Source of the DNA: Candidatus Bathyarchaeota archaeon
GTDB taxonomy: Archaea; Thermoproteota; Bathyarchaeia; 40CM-2-53-6
NCBI GenBank assembly: GCA_963726255.1
Contig: CAVSBL010000002.1
Span: 1,280,001-1,344,000 of the forward strand
Length of the DNA: 64,000 nucleotides
Direction of reading: 5' to 3'
The notes beneath the pieces were generated by a model. The model was not told the DNA's origin, did not search any database, and saw only the letters and a program-made list of their open reading frames with translations. Below, piece by piece: positions 48,897 through 59,740 of this stretch (within the stretch, counting starts at the first letter, position 1; the number at the start of each line of letters is the position of its first letter). A program made the position numbers and the translations under genes.

Positions 48897-49859
48897 CTAA
48901 GTGTACAAGAAACACCGTACCGTCCGCCCATCGCTTCGCTTTGTAAGCACTGGAACGTCCCTTCTGCAGATTTCCTTGGCAAAGGCGCATCTAGGATGAA
49001 ATCTACAGCCTTGCGGAGGATTGGTCATGTCTGGACTTGTTCCTTCGATGAAACTGGACTTGCCAGATACGAGTCGTATGTTTGGTGTGGACTTCAACAA
49101 ACCCTGTGTGTAGGGATGAAGTGGATCCGTCGCGATCTGCCTTCTATTACCATGTTCAACAAGTTGCCCTGCGTACATGATTGCAACATTATCACACCTT
49201 TCGATCACAGCAGCCAAGTCGTGGGTGATGAGTATTAGAGTCAAACCATACTTCGTCCGGAGATCTGACAACAAATCCAAGACACGCGCTTGCACAATGA
49301 CATCTAACGCCGTGGTTGGTTCATCCGCGATAATCACGCGTGAGTTGACGCAAATTGCCAAGGCTATCATCACCCTCTGCCTCATGCCGCCACTGAACTG
49401 ATGCGGAAAATCCTGGAAGCGTTCAGAACCTATGCCGACGAGGTCAAGAGTTCTCTTCGCTCGCGTAATTGCTTCACCTCTTGTTATGTGCTCATGCCAG
49501 CGGACGGTTTCGACAATTTGGTCTCCGATCTTCATGAGCGGGTCAAGCGACATCATTGGATCTTGGAAAACCATACTCAGTTCGCGTCCTCTAAGCCGAC
49601 GCATCTGAGCATCTGAGAGTCTCAAAGTATCAATGCCGTCGAAGAGGATGGAGCCCTCTACAATGCGACCGGGTGAGGGTACGAGTCTAAGAATGGAAAG
49701 TCCGAGCGTGGATTTTCCAGATCCTGACTCACCAACGAGACCCAGAAACTCACTTTTGCTTACCGAAAGTGTCACGTCGTCAACAGCCTTCACGATTCCT
49801 CTAGAAATCGGATAGTAAGTCTTCAGACCTTTAATTGCGAGAATGTCCTGGGAGTTCAC
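48897..49859 (-). CDS. peptide ABC transporter ATPase (DppD/OppD)
   Basis: GESGSGKST, SGGMRQR, ADEPTTALD, GCRFHPRC. Confidence 0.95.
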   Translation of the reverse strand: MNSQDILAIKGLKTYYPISRGIVKAVDDVTLSVSKSEFLGLVGESGSGKSTLGLSILRLVPSPGRIVEGSILFDGIDTLRLSDAQMRRLRGRELSMVFQDPMMSLDPLMKIGDQIVETVRWHEHITRGEAITRAKRTLDLVGIGSERFQDFPHQFSGGMRQRVMIALAICVNSRVIIADEPTTALDVIVQARVLDLLSDLRTKYGLTLILITHDLAAVIERCDNVAIMYAGQLVEHGNRRQIATDPLHPYTQGLLKSTPNIRLVSGKSSFIEGTSPDMTNPPQGCRFHPRCAFAKEICRRDVPVLTKRSDGRTVRCFLYT

Positions 49860-49866
49860 TTGGCTG

Positions 49867-50712
49867 CTATCCGTGGCTGGTCATCTCGTTGAGTCCATCT
49901 CCCAGAAGGCTGAACCCTATGGCGAGCAGAAGTATCATCAAGCCGGGGAACGTTATGAGCCACCAAGATCCTGACGGAAGAAACGATTGGCCCGCTCGAA
50001 GATCGTATCCCCAGTCCGGTGTGGGCGCGGTTACGCTGAGGCCGAAGAAGCTGAGACCAGCTTCTGTCAGTATGGCGTCAGCCACATTGAGGGAAAAGAC
50101 AACGATGAGGGTTGGAAGAACGTTGGGCAATATGTGACTGAACAGAATGGTACGAGTCTTAGCCCCGATTGATCGAACTGCTTCGATATACCGTTGTTCC
50201 TTTATTGAAAGCGTGTGCCCTCTTATCATTCTGAAGTAAGTTGGAATGTAGACGATCGCTATAGCTACGGCTACGTTGGCTATTCCTGGGCCGAGAACGG
50301 CCGCCATTGCTATCGCGATTATTAGACCAGGGAAAACGTAGATACTGTCCATAACGACGCTAAGTGATCGGTCAACGCCTCCTCCGAGATACCCTGAGAG
50401 AAGGCCAAGCGGCATTCCACAGATCATCGACAGGAATGTCGATAAGAGAACCACGATTAGAATGGTCCTTCCACCATACAGGATTCTGCTATAGAGATCG
50501 TAACCGAGGGTGTTAGTGCCCATCGGATGAGCTATAGACGGAGGAACCATTGATAATCCGACTGGTTGAGTCGGACTATATTTCGTAAGCAAGGGCGCGA
50601 ATATTGATAAAAAGACGATGAATCCGACAATTGCGGAGCCAGCGATAACCAGTCCTCTTCCCTGACCTTTCGGTAATATGGTTGTCAGCCACCTTGAGAA
50701 CTCTAAAGTCAC
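49867..50712 (-). CDS. peptide ABC transporter permease (DppC)
   Basis: HPMGTNTLGYDLYSR, YIEAVRSIGA, EAGLSFFG. Confidence 0.95.
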   Translation of the reverse strand: MTLEFSRWLTTILPKGQGRGLVIAGSAIVGFIVFLSIFAPLLTKYSPTQPVGLSMVPPSIAHPMGTNTLGYDLYSRILYGGRTILIVVLLSTFLSMICGMPLGLLSGYLGGGVDRSLSVVMDSIYVFPGLIIAIAMAAVLGPGIANVAVAIAIVYIPTYFRMIRGHTLSIKEQRYIEAVRSIGAKTRTILFSHILPNVLPTLIVVFSLNVADAILTEAGLSFFGLSVTAPTPDWGYDLRAGQSFLPSGSWWLITFPGLMILLLAIGFSLLGDGLNEMTSHG

Positions 50713-50722
50713 ACTAGTTCAC

Positions 50723-51763
50723 CTAGAATCTAATCCGAGGATCTATGAGTGCGTAGACGACGTCTACAATCAAGCTCACAATGGATATCATAATCGCGAA
50801 GATTACTACGGTTCCTTGAAGGCTGTTGTAATCTCGGTAGGTAATTCGGTCAATTAGGAAACTCCCTATGCCAGGCCAACTGAACGTTGTCTCAGTCAGC
50901 ACTGCTCCCGTCAAGAGCATAGCAAACTCAAGCCCCATCATGGTTAGGATGGGGATGAAGGCATTCTTCAACGCATGTTTCATTACAACTCTCTCTGGAA
51001 GCCCTCTTGCCCTTATTGCAGTAATGAAGTCCTGTGAGAGCACTTCAAGCACTGAGTTCCTCGAAAGCCTACAGAAAACGCCCGAGAGCATAATTCCAAG
51101 AATAAGTGAAGGAAGAATTAGGTGACGAACAGCACTGTACAATCCCACCCAGTTTCCGGTCAGAACACTGTCCAAAACGTACAGACCGGTGATTCGCTGA
51201 ATGTCAATACCTGGGTCGATTCTTCCTGCAACCGGGAGCAAGTGTAGGTTAACAGCGAACAACATTTGCGTGAGCATTCCTATCCATGGAATGAAGAGAG
51301 CATAAGCCACAATACCGTAAATACGCAGGGCGTGATCGACGACTGTTCCTCGCTTCAACGCAGAGAGTACCCCCGCGCAAAGGCCAATGACTATGCTAAT
51401 GATGAATCCCCATATGGTCAGTTCCAGTGTTGCAGGCAGATACAGCTCAACTTCAACCATGACAGGCTGTCTGCCCCAAATGAGAGAGTTACCAAGGTCT
51501 CCTCGGAACACTCCTACTACATAGTTCAGGAACTGTATGTAGAGCGGAATCGGATTGCCGTTCGCATCAACTAGGCCTAACGCATGACGTAACTCTAAGA
51601 TAGTTTTTTCCGGGGCATACATACCCGCTATCGAGCGAACTGGATCCCCCGGCATAACATGAGTGATTAGGAAAACAAGGGTAAGCAGTACCAAGATTGT
51701 AGGAATAGTGAGGATGAGGCGCATCAACAGAAAGGATCTGAGTGAGCCCAAGCGCCATGGCAT
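50723..51763 (-). CDS. peptide ABC transporter permease (DppB)
   Basis: PGDP, RARGL, HALKNA, TETTFSWPGIG, DPRIR. Confidence 0.95.
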   Translation of the reverse strand: MPWRLGSLRSFLLMRLILTIPTILVLLTLVFLITHVMPGDPVRSIAGMYAPEKTILELRHALGLVDANGNPIPLYIQFLNYVVGVFRGDLGNSLIWGRQPVMVEVELYLPATLELTIWGFIISIVIGLCAGVLSALKRGTVVDHALRIYGIVAYALFIPWIGMLTQMLFAVNLHLLPVAGRIDPGIDIQRITGLYVLDSVLTGNWVGLYSAVRHLILPSLILGIMLSGVFCRLSRNSVLEVLSQDFITAIRARGLPERVVMKHALKNAFIPILTMMGLEFAMLLTGAVLTETTFSWPGIGSFLIDRITYRDYNSLQGTVVIFAIMISIVSLIVDVVYALIDPRIRF

Positions 51764-51791
51764 TCCAAGAAAAAGGATGGGCTGGCTGACC

Positions 51792-53420
51792 CTACGTGGG
51801 TTTGATGTAGATCAGCCAGTAGCGAAGAACCATCACAGGATCCAGAACGAGACCGCTGACATTTGGTTTTGACACTATTTGGATTCCGCCTTGGTAAAGT
51901 GGAATTATCGCCGCGTCTTGAGACCAAAGGGCTTGAGATTGGGCGTACAAGGCGGTTCTCTCTTGAACGCTTTGGGCCATGCTCGCATTGGCGACAAGGC
52001 TCGAAACGACAGGGTCTTTGTAAGCATGTCCGATCCATCCCACATCGATCCAAGAACTTTGGTAGTCATCCGGGTCGAAGTAGTCGGGGAACCATCCGTA
52101 CAAGGAAGCTGGATAGAGGCCCGCCTTTGTCTGGTCGAGGTATGTTGCCCATTCCGCTGACTTCAAGTTGACCGATATCATGCCGGTCGCTTCCAGACTG
52201 TTCTTTAATTGCAGTGCAACATCTGCCTCAGTGTCTCCGTAATGGGTTGGCGTATACCACAAGTCGAATGTGAGTTTGTTTGCCTCGCTATAACCTGCTT
52301 GTGTCAGAAGATTCTTCGCCATGACAAGATTGTTTTCTCCATAATCCTTCAAGAAGGCATCTGTATGACCCCACATACCCATGGGAATCATGCTGTAGAG
52401 CGGATGAACTGTCCCATAGAATATTTTGTTACTTATTGCATTCCTGTCTGCGGCGGCGGCTATTGCCTGCCTTACGAGATGGTTGTTGAACGGGGGAATG
52501 TTCTCGTTAAGGATTATGTAGCGAATGTAGGCCCCTGGGACGTCTTGAACTTGAAGCGTTGGATTTGAACGAAGGTTGTTGATGTCTGACGGGTTAAGGG
52601 TTCTCCAAGCGACGTCGATTTCCCCAGATTGAATAGCCAGTGCCAGAGCAGATGCCGTCGAGTAGAATTTGATTATGATTCTGCTTATCTTTGGTGCGCC
52701 GTCAAAGTAGTACGGATTCGCATCTAGGACGAGCTGTACATCTCTCTGCCATGTCGTAATGTGGTACTCACCCAGACCACCTGCTGTTTGGTCACTGTCA
52801 ATCTTGCTAGGATTGTAAGACGGATGCACTGTGAAGTATTCAGAGCATGCAACAACAGCCGGAAAGTACGAAGCAGGTGCCAGAAGAGTGAACTTCACTG
52901 TCTCATTGTCCAAAGCTTGAACGTCTTTGACATAGTCGGTGACAAGGTAAGCTGCGTCAGCGCCGATCGTCATGACTCTCTTGATGGACCAAACGACATC
53001 ATTCGCGTTAGCCAAAGTTCCATCAGCGAAGCGGAGGTTAGGCTTGAGCTTGAAGATGTATACGGTGCCATCATTCTCAACTGTGTAGGAACTGGCGATG
53101 CCTGGTTCAAGGTCAGTTGTTCCTGGGATATACTTGAGGAGCCCCTCCATCGTGTTGGTTAACACTTCTTGTGTGAAGACTCCCCAAACGTTTGCAGGGT
53201 CCAGATCTGTCACCTTATCAGTCACCCCGATTACTAATTGGTTGGTAGTCAAGGCTCCAGTGTTAGTGGAAGACTGCGTTACGCCACCAGACGGAGCGGT
53301 ACTCATACCCGCGAAGTAGCCCCCAGCCATCCCGACGAGGAGCATTATGATTAGTGCAGTTGCGAAGAGTATACGACTAGGTCCTGTGTTTTGTTTTTCT
53401 TTAGACAAAATCTCCACCAT
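51792..53420 (-). CDS. peptide ABC transporter substrate-binding protein (family 5)
   Basis: N-terminal TM, LDPA, FADGT, WFPDYFDPD. Confidence 0.93.
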   Translation of the reverse strand: MVEILSKEKQNTGPSRILFATALIIMLLVGMAGGYFAGMSTAPSGGVTQSSTNTGALTTNQLVIGVTDKVTDLDPANVWGVFTQEVLTNTMEGLLKYIPGTTDLEPGIASSYTVENDGTVYIFKLKPNLRFADGTLANANDVVWSIKRVMTIGADAAYLVTDYVKDVQALDNETVKFTLLAPASYFPAVVACSEYFTVHPSYNPSKIDSDQTAGGLGEYHITTWQRDVQLVLDANPYYFDGAPKISRIIIKFYSTASALALAIQSGEIDVAWRTLNPSDINNLRSNPTLQVQDVPGAYIRYIILNENIPPFNNHLVRQAIAAAADRNAISNKIFYGTVHPLYSMIPMGMWGHTDAFLKDYGENNLVMAKNLLTQAGYSEANKLTFDLWYTPTHYGDTEADVALQLKNSLEATGMISVNLKSAEWATYLDQTKAGLYPASLYGWFPDYFDPDDYQSSWIDVGWIGHAYKDPVVSSLVANASMAQSVQERTALYAQSQALWSQDAAIIPLYQGGIQIVSKPNVSGLVLDPVMVLRYWLIYIKPT

Positions 53421-53518
53421 TTTCTCGGCTTACGACCGGTGTTGGAATAGATAAGACAACTCAATATATTGTATATTGCATACCGTACGGATAATTGTCC
53501 GCGAGTTTGTCCGTGAGT

Positions 53519-54766
53519 TCAAGCCTTGATGTTATTCTTGTAGATCCGCCCATCCTTCATAATGAGTGCGATATTCCGCTCATAATCTTGGAATATTCTG
53601 ATGTCCTTTAGAGGATTTCCATCCAACACAATGATGTCTGCTATTTTCCCTTTCTCAAGCGTTCCGATTTTGTCATTAAGCTTCAGAAGCTCCGCATTGG
53701 TCTTCGTAGTTGCCTTCAGTGTCTCCGTGGTCGTCATAACTGTTGCCTTCAGTTCCAGTTCTCTTGCCATTCGCTTCCGACTATCGTATAGCAGATCAGA
53801 CCCGGAACCAATCTTAACACCCACTTTATGCGCAATCCGCACAGCGTCCAGACTCTTGTCACGGGCAACCTTGACCATTCGAATTGTCTCTTGTGAGAAT
53901 CCGAGTCTGTCTCGTGCATTGTAAATCTCGTCATAAGTCACCACCGTGGGGACCAAGAATGTGCCGTGATCTTTCATCAGGATGGCACTTTCTTCATCGA
54001 GCAGGTTGCCGTGTTCGATAGATCTTACTTCTGCCTCAACGCAGTTCCTTATGCTCGCCGGAGGGTAAGCGTGTGCCATAACGTATTTTCCTCTCGCACC
54101 GGCTTCAGAGGTTGCAGCTCTCAACTCGTCGACTGTGAATTCGGGAGTTACAAGATCGCCACCCCCGGCAGGCGAGGAAGGTATGACCGCTCCGCTCGCC
54201 ATCACTTTTATCTGATCAACGCCTCTTCGCAATTGCTCCCGGGCCGCTGTTCGTACGCCGTCAACACCATCGCACACTACGGTTCTTAATCCTACGGCAC
54301 CTTGTTCTGGCACGAAGTCCTCCGTTGGTCTTCGCGGATCTCCACTCCCACCTGTTTGAGATAGTGCGTTTCCACTCACAAGGAGCCGCGGTCCTTTCAT
54401 GTAGCCCTCCTCAACCGCAACTCTGAAGCCCCAGTCTGCCCCGTACGCATCTCTAACCGTGGTAAATCCCTGCATGAGCATATCTTCCAAGTTTTTCGCA
54501 GCTATGCAAACGAATTTCGCGGTTGGATACTTATTCATCTGCAGTGATTCCTCGACGATGCACGCATGCGCGTGAGCATCGATGAGGCCGGGCATGATGG
54601 TCCTTCCACCTAGGTCGATGACAGTTCCTTCTATAGGGGTCTGTTTGTCTGTAACCTTGATTATCTCTCTCCCTTCCACAAGAACCGTTGCGTTTTCTTG
54701 AGGTTCTTGTCCTGTACAATCTATCAGAAGACCATCTTGCAAGATAATTCTGTTCAATGAATCCAC
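53519..54766 (-). CDS. metal-dependent amidohydrolase (Xaa-Pro dipeptidase-like)
   Basis: PGLIDAHAH, GFTTVRD, IKVMASG, AHA, SIEHG, GSD. Confidence 0.92.
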   Translation of the reverse strand: MDSLNRIILQDGLLIDCTGQEPQENATVLVEGREIIKVTDKQTPIEGTVIDLGGRTIMPGLIDAHAHACIVEESLQMNKYPTAKFVCIAAKNLEDMLMQGFTTVRDAYGADWGFRVAVEEGYMKGPRLLVSGNALSQTGGSGDPRRPTEDFVPEQGAVGLRTVVCDGVDGVRTAAREQLRRGVDQIKVMASGAVIPSSPAGGGDLVTPEFTVDELRAATSEAGARGKYVMAHAYPPASIRNCVEAEVRSIEHGNLLDEESAILMKDHGTFLVPTVVTYDEIYNARDRLGFSQETIRMVKVARDKSLDAVRIAHKVGVKIGSGSDLLYDSRKRMARELELKATVMTTTETLKATTKTNAELLKLNDKIGTLEKGKIADIIVLDGNPLKDIRIFQDYERNIALIMKDGRIYKNNIKA

Positions 54767-54909
54767 GATTTCTTGCCAAAAGATGGGTGGCGGTATAAGC
54801 CGTCGGTATATAGAATCCGATGCGTAAACTAGGTCAATACCCGGCCTCTATGAGAGGCATCACTTGGTTGTGGTCTAACCTATCGAATCAAATGTGAGGC
54901 GTTTCGTAT

Positions 54910-55898
54910 TCATGAGTAATTCCAGATGGATGCTGCTTTTGTCGAGCCGAGGAATACAGTCTCGTCACCTGAGTTTACTACAGGATTGTGGATCAAAGCG
55001 AGGACAACGCCTTCCGTTGGAGACCGCACCGTTTCGATTTTCTCGCCTTGAAGGTTCATCACTTCCCCAACGACATCTCCCGCGAGACGATATCTCCCGG
55101 TGCCACATGCACATGAAAGAGGCCTCCCTGGCTAACCCTCAAAGGAGCAAAGTAAGCTACGGTTTTTTGCCCCGCTTTTTTCAGCGCCCTTCCCTTAACA
55201 ATTCGCAGATGCCGCATCACATTTAGCACCCCATCACACATGACCGATACTTCTTCCGGCATGAGTTTGTCGCCAGAACCAAACTCTGCAAGAGCGGACG
55301 GAATTCCGGTTTCGGGGCCGATCCTCCAAGAAGACCCTTTTGGCATGGGGCCGTCTCTTGAGGTGTGCCAAATATACTCAAAGCCTAAAGCTTTGGCCAT
55401 TTGTTCTGATCGGGCATCAATCCGTCGGTTGCCAGTCTCAAAGAAACCTGCAAAGCCTATCTCTGATTCATGTATATCTCCACCGTGCAAGTCCAAATAG
55501 TAGTCGGATTTTGAAATGAACTCCCTAAAAACTGTGTACGAAATCAGGCGAGAAATAGTTCCATTGGATTTTCCTGGAAAGCTTCCTTGAATGTTCACGC
55601 CGTCTATGGGCGAAACATAAGTTCTCGCTTCGAAGCCCGGGACGTTGACTGTCGGGACTACGATAAGTGTCCCCCTCACATCATCCGGCTTGACTTTGTT
55701 CGAAAGCCTGATTGCTGCATCTATCCCGACATATTCGGTTCCGTGGACGCCGGCCGTGATGCATATGGTAGGTCCGTCACGCGAGCCTCTGATTACGGTG
55801 AAAGGCAATTTCACATGGGTCGCGGCTCGATTGCCGACGCTCAGGAAGTTTGAGTATCTACCTCCGGGCTTGATATCTACCCCTGCAATCCTAGTCAT
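54910..55898 (-). CDS. succinylglutamate desuccinylase/aspartoacylase (M14) family protein, 1-nt frameshift near 55080
   Basis: GVHGTE, DLHGG; the C-terminal GDVVGEV...VRSPTEGVV...VNSGD continues in another frame to TGA 54910; one added G restores a 329-aa ORF. Confidence 0.85.
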
Positions 55899-56033
55899 AG
55901 ATTGGCCGTCTCGTTCAGTGTATTTAGCACTTCGGGTTTGAAAACTTGGTTGAAAGAATCAATACCTTTCAGCACTTTCTTTCCATGAGGCACTCTATCA
56001 AACCCAATTGCCTTTCGGAGTGGAAAGTGACGG

Positions 56034-57381
56034 CTATTGGGCGAAGTGCTTGACAGTGTCATCAAGAGCACGCAGGAATGTCTCGACTTCGTGAAGAGCA
56101 TTAAAGTGTACTAGGCTGGCGCGAATACCTACAGATTTCCCGTAGGTTTGGAGCGTTCTCGAGTAGAAGCCCCCGCAATTCTCAGCTAGGACGGCTACTG
56201 AATGCTTATCCCAGAGATACTGAGCCACCTGAAATGGGTCAGCGCCCGCAATGTTGAACGTAAAGGTCGGCACGCGTAAATGTGTGTTGGAAGGATTTCT
56301 CACACCGTAAACCTCAACACCTCTCATCGCCTGCATTCCTGGTACAGCGTTTGTTCCGCCCAGCATCGCATTCGAGAGAGTCTGCTCATATTGCTCAATC
56401 CATGAGAGTGCTGCCTTAAGGACGCGTTTTCTTCCAGCATAATCACCGATTCTTGTCTCTGACCTCGGACTCCACTTGGGAACCTAGCCAGTTCAAATAA
56501 TCCATGACGGCAGTAATCGAGGAGAATAGCGCTTGATCTCGCGTCCCCATCTCCCACTTTCCGGGTGGTTTATCGGGTGCGGGTTTCACCTTATATGGTG
56601 TCAGAGTTTCCAGTAACTCTCTCCGACCGTATGCAAAACTTCCGCGCCGACTGAACAGCTTGTATGCGGAGAAGACGGCGAAGTCACAACCAAGTTTCAC
56701 GACATCAACTGGAATATGCGGAACCATATGGACTGCGTCGAGAACAGCATAAGCCCCTGCTTCTTTTGCAAGTTTGAAGATTCTGGCGGCGGGTGTCTTG
56801 GAGCCCAATACATTGGAAACACCGGCGACAGAAACAACTCGCGTATCCTTATCGATGAGGCTCATCAGGTGAGAGATATCTAGTTGACCGTCGTTTGGAT
56901 TGAATTTTGCAAACCTTACTTCCTTGACCACGCCACGTTGTTCGAGCTCAAGCCATGGGCTAACATTGGCATAATGCTCATACTCCGTGAGAACTATGTT
57001 CTCCGTTCCCGACATCTCTTTCGAAAGTGCATAGCTGAGGTTGAAGAAAATGCTCGTAGCCGACTCACCCGAAATGACGCAATCCTCGGACGGCGCGTTC
57101 AGAAAATCCCTTACCGCCTTCCGACCACCCAGGATCATTTCCTCGTTCATTTTCGACTCCCAGAACGGTCCATCGACGTTCGCGGAGTAGTCCAGTCGAG
57201 CCCTTGCCTCCGCTTCAACCACGCGCTGTAGCACTAGAGAACCTGCGGCATTCTCGAAGAATATTCTTCGTCTTCCATTCGCGTCAGCATCTACTCTAGG
57301 GAATTCCTTACGGATTGCTTCGTGCAGTTCACTCAGCTTTTGACCAGTGGAACGCGCTGTTGGAACTTCCTTCTGCGCCAT
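56034..57381 (-). CDS. class V PLP enzyme (cysteine desulfurase-like), frameshift near 56450
   Basis: EHYANVSPW, SNVLG, DAVH, FSAYKLF, EMGT; continues IGDYAGRKRVL...RVPTFTF...IRASLVHFN in another frame. Confidence 0.85.
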
Positions 57382-57683
57382 CCTCGCTAACCCGCGCACG
57401 GAGTTCCAACATATGCGCTATATCGTTTATGTAAGTACTCAATCAACCCGTAAGGACTCTTCGAACCGGTGCACGAGTTTTCGGTCCTCATGAAGTCAAG
57501 ATAGGAGTGTATGACGTAAGTTCCGAGTAGTTGGCGCATGCGAAGCCAAGCGCATTGCTTCCATACGCGCCTTCGCGTTTCTAGCTGCCTCCTCACTCTC
57601 GCAGAGCTTCACTCTTTGCTGGCCTTCAACGGTTGTTTCGTTGGACCAGGCGGTTCCCCGCTTGGTAGTGTTAGGGCAGTGGC

Positions 57684-58208
57684 TTAGCGCTGCGCAGCTT
57701 TTTCCGCCAACCCATCCGCGTCTACCCCTAACTCCTTGAGGAGGGCATCGACGTAGGCGTCGTCCTGGTGTTTCAGAATCATGAGTTCCGTTCGCATCAA
57801 GCCGTTTGCGACCCGTAGGGCCAGCAACCTTGCCTCCGCATCTTTGGCAGCGGCCTCGGTCTTGCTGTACTCGACCGCAGCTTGAACGGACTTCCATGTA
57901 AGGTCCTCGAGATCACTCCGTTTCTCCGTCCCAGGAAGCTGGGGGTCCTTCTCAGCCTTCATGGGAACCTTGGTCGGGACTTGCCTGGCCAGTTGGACAC
58001 GGGTAATGAACTCCTTCGTCAGGGTGACGAGGGTCTGAAGGTGACTGTCACCCAGTGAATGGGTGGAGGTCACCCCCTGCAAGTGTTCGCGTATTGCCAA
58101 TCGCACATACTCCGCAAGCGGTATATTCGCCCGCCTGGCCAAGAGACGTAGGGCAAGTTCCTCTTTCCTAGACACTCTGAAGGTTAGTTTTGGGTTTCCT
58201 TTCGACAT
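57684..58208 (-). CDS. RHH/CopG-domain protein with helical C-terminal domain
   Basis: KLTFRVSRKEELALRLLARRANIPLAEYVRLAIREHL. Confidence 0.8.
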   Translation of the reverse strand: MSKGNPKLTFRVSRKEELALRLLARRANIPLAEYVRLAIREHLQGVTSTHSLGDSHLQTLVTLTKEFITRVQLARQVPTKVPMKAEKDPQLPGTEKRSDLEDLTWKSVQAAVEYSKTEAAAKDAEARLLALRVANGLMRTELMILKHQDDAYVDALLKELGVDADGLAEKAAQR

Positions 58209-58254
58209 GGTTATTCAGCCACTCGAGAATACGAATAACGAGGGTTACCTTCGA

Positions 58255-58304
58255 TTGGCACCGTTTGGCACCACCCCTCGACGGGTGGATCCACCCTCTT
58301 AATT
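58255..58304. promoter_or_regulatory. promoter region: TTGGCACC direct repeat (10-bp period), GGGTGGATCCACCC palindrome, AATTAAGAGGG TATA-like element on the minus strand
   Basis: Repeats at 58255 and 58265, and a perfect 14-bp palindrome at 58283-58296, upstream of the RHH gene. Confidence 0.55.
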
Positions 58305-58897
58305 GTGAACGGCAGTAGCAACGCTACAGGTTAGAGCATGTAATAGGGAAACCAATCCCGTGAGGGCGGCAGAAACAAGCATTCGGCAAGGCTTCGGGTA
58401 TTTACATGGTTGTGCGGAAACGCAAGTGCACTTCTGCCAGAAAACGGGGCTTTTGCGCTAGACCGTTTAACCCCCAATAGAACACTAACAATACCACAAA
58501 AACCAGGGATCGTCTCACAGCCTCGTGTCTTGGCTTTGGGGTCTACCAGGACGATATCTACGTCGTGACCTTTCTTGAGTTTTGGATCTCTTGTATCGAG
58601 GCCTCGTAGACGCTTGCCTCTGTAGTTTGTTTAGAACGCGCTTCAATCGCATTGGATCCAATTGACTCTGATGTTGCCATAGTGATGCTTTCGGATGGTA
58701 TCTCGGCCTCCTGGGTACTTTACCAGCGGGGCCCTTGTAACGATATAGTTGGAATGAATGGTACCTCAGAACTACCTGGATCGGTTCCCACTCGCTCAAA
58801 GATACTAAGGCCTTTAGAAACGCGTAGTAACTTACCATCCACTCTTGATGGAAACGATTCCTGGCTAGACCTAATCCAGAACGCAAGCGAAAAGTAG

Positions 58898-59677
58898 GTG
58901 GATGGGTATAGCTCAGATAACAGCGCCCGCCAAGTTTCAGTTTCAGCCGAAGTGGTGTATGATGGTTGGTGCAATCAAATGCGTAGAGAACTAAGCTTTC
59001 TGCGCTTTGCGATGTTGTGGTTCGTTTGTGTCGGGTTAGGTATGCTGGTTGTTCCAGACATATACGCCGCATACTCGCACTATGTGTTCATCATGTTTGA
59101 CCCAGTTCTGACGGTTTTGTATAATTTTGCCACTCAACCAACGCTCGCTCTAAGCGGCTTGGTTTTGATGAGTTTTCCAACGTTCGGGTTCTTGTTTAGT
59201 TGTTGGGTTCTGCATACTTCAAGATTGCCAGCCGACTTGAAGTTGCAGGAGATGCAAGCAGTTCTTTCAGGGATGGGGTTCGGACTATTCTTCATAACAT
59301 ATGCTTTTGGTCTGACGCTTGCAGGCTATAACAGAACCGCTGTACTTCTGTGTGCTACTGTTGGATTGGTGGTTCTGCTTGGGGTATACAGATGGAAAAG
59401 AGACAAAGCACTTAAACAGCTAAGAAATCTGAAGGGGCAAAATTTCCCAATTCACCAAACGACTTTTGACAGCCTACCAAACAGGGGGCGCTCAACAAAT
59501 GAAAAACAAGATCAACCCTACGTGACAGAGGCGACGTTCACCCATTCAAGAAATGGACAACGAGTAGACCATGACTTTCCGGCCACACAGATAACGACAA
59601 GGTCATCGTTGTTGAAATCACGACACAAAAAGACTGGGACCACATTATGCAAGAGTTTCCTGAGAAGCAGCGAATAA
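58898..59677 (+). CDS. hypothetical membrane protein (start probably 58979 or later)
   Basis: About four hydrophobic segments followed by a polar tail. Confidence 0.55.
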   Translation: MDGYSSDNSARQVSVSAEVVYDGWCNQMRRELSFLRFAMLWFVCVGLGMLVVPDIYAAYSHYVFIMFDPVLTVLYNFATQPTLALSGLVLMSFPTFGFLFSCWVLHTSRLPADLKLQEMQAVLSGMGFGLFFITYAFGLTLAGYNRTAVLLCATVGLVVLLGVYRWKRDKALKQLRNLKGQNFPIHQTTFDSLPNRGRSTNEKQDQPYVTEATFTHSRNGQRVDHDFPATQITTRSSLLKSRHKKTGTTLCKSFLRSSE

Positions 59678-59740
59678 AGGAAAGTGTGCCGTATCTATCT
59701 TGACACATTCGAAAGAAGTTCAGCAGCTGGTTGAAATCTG

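Noticed and set aside
58515-59072. 185-aa Arg-rich minus-strand ORF
   Set aside because: It overlaps the plus-strand membrane ORF, has atypical composition and shows no motif.
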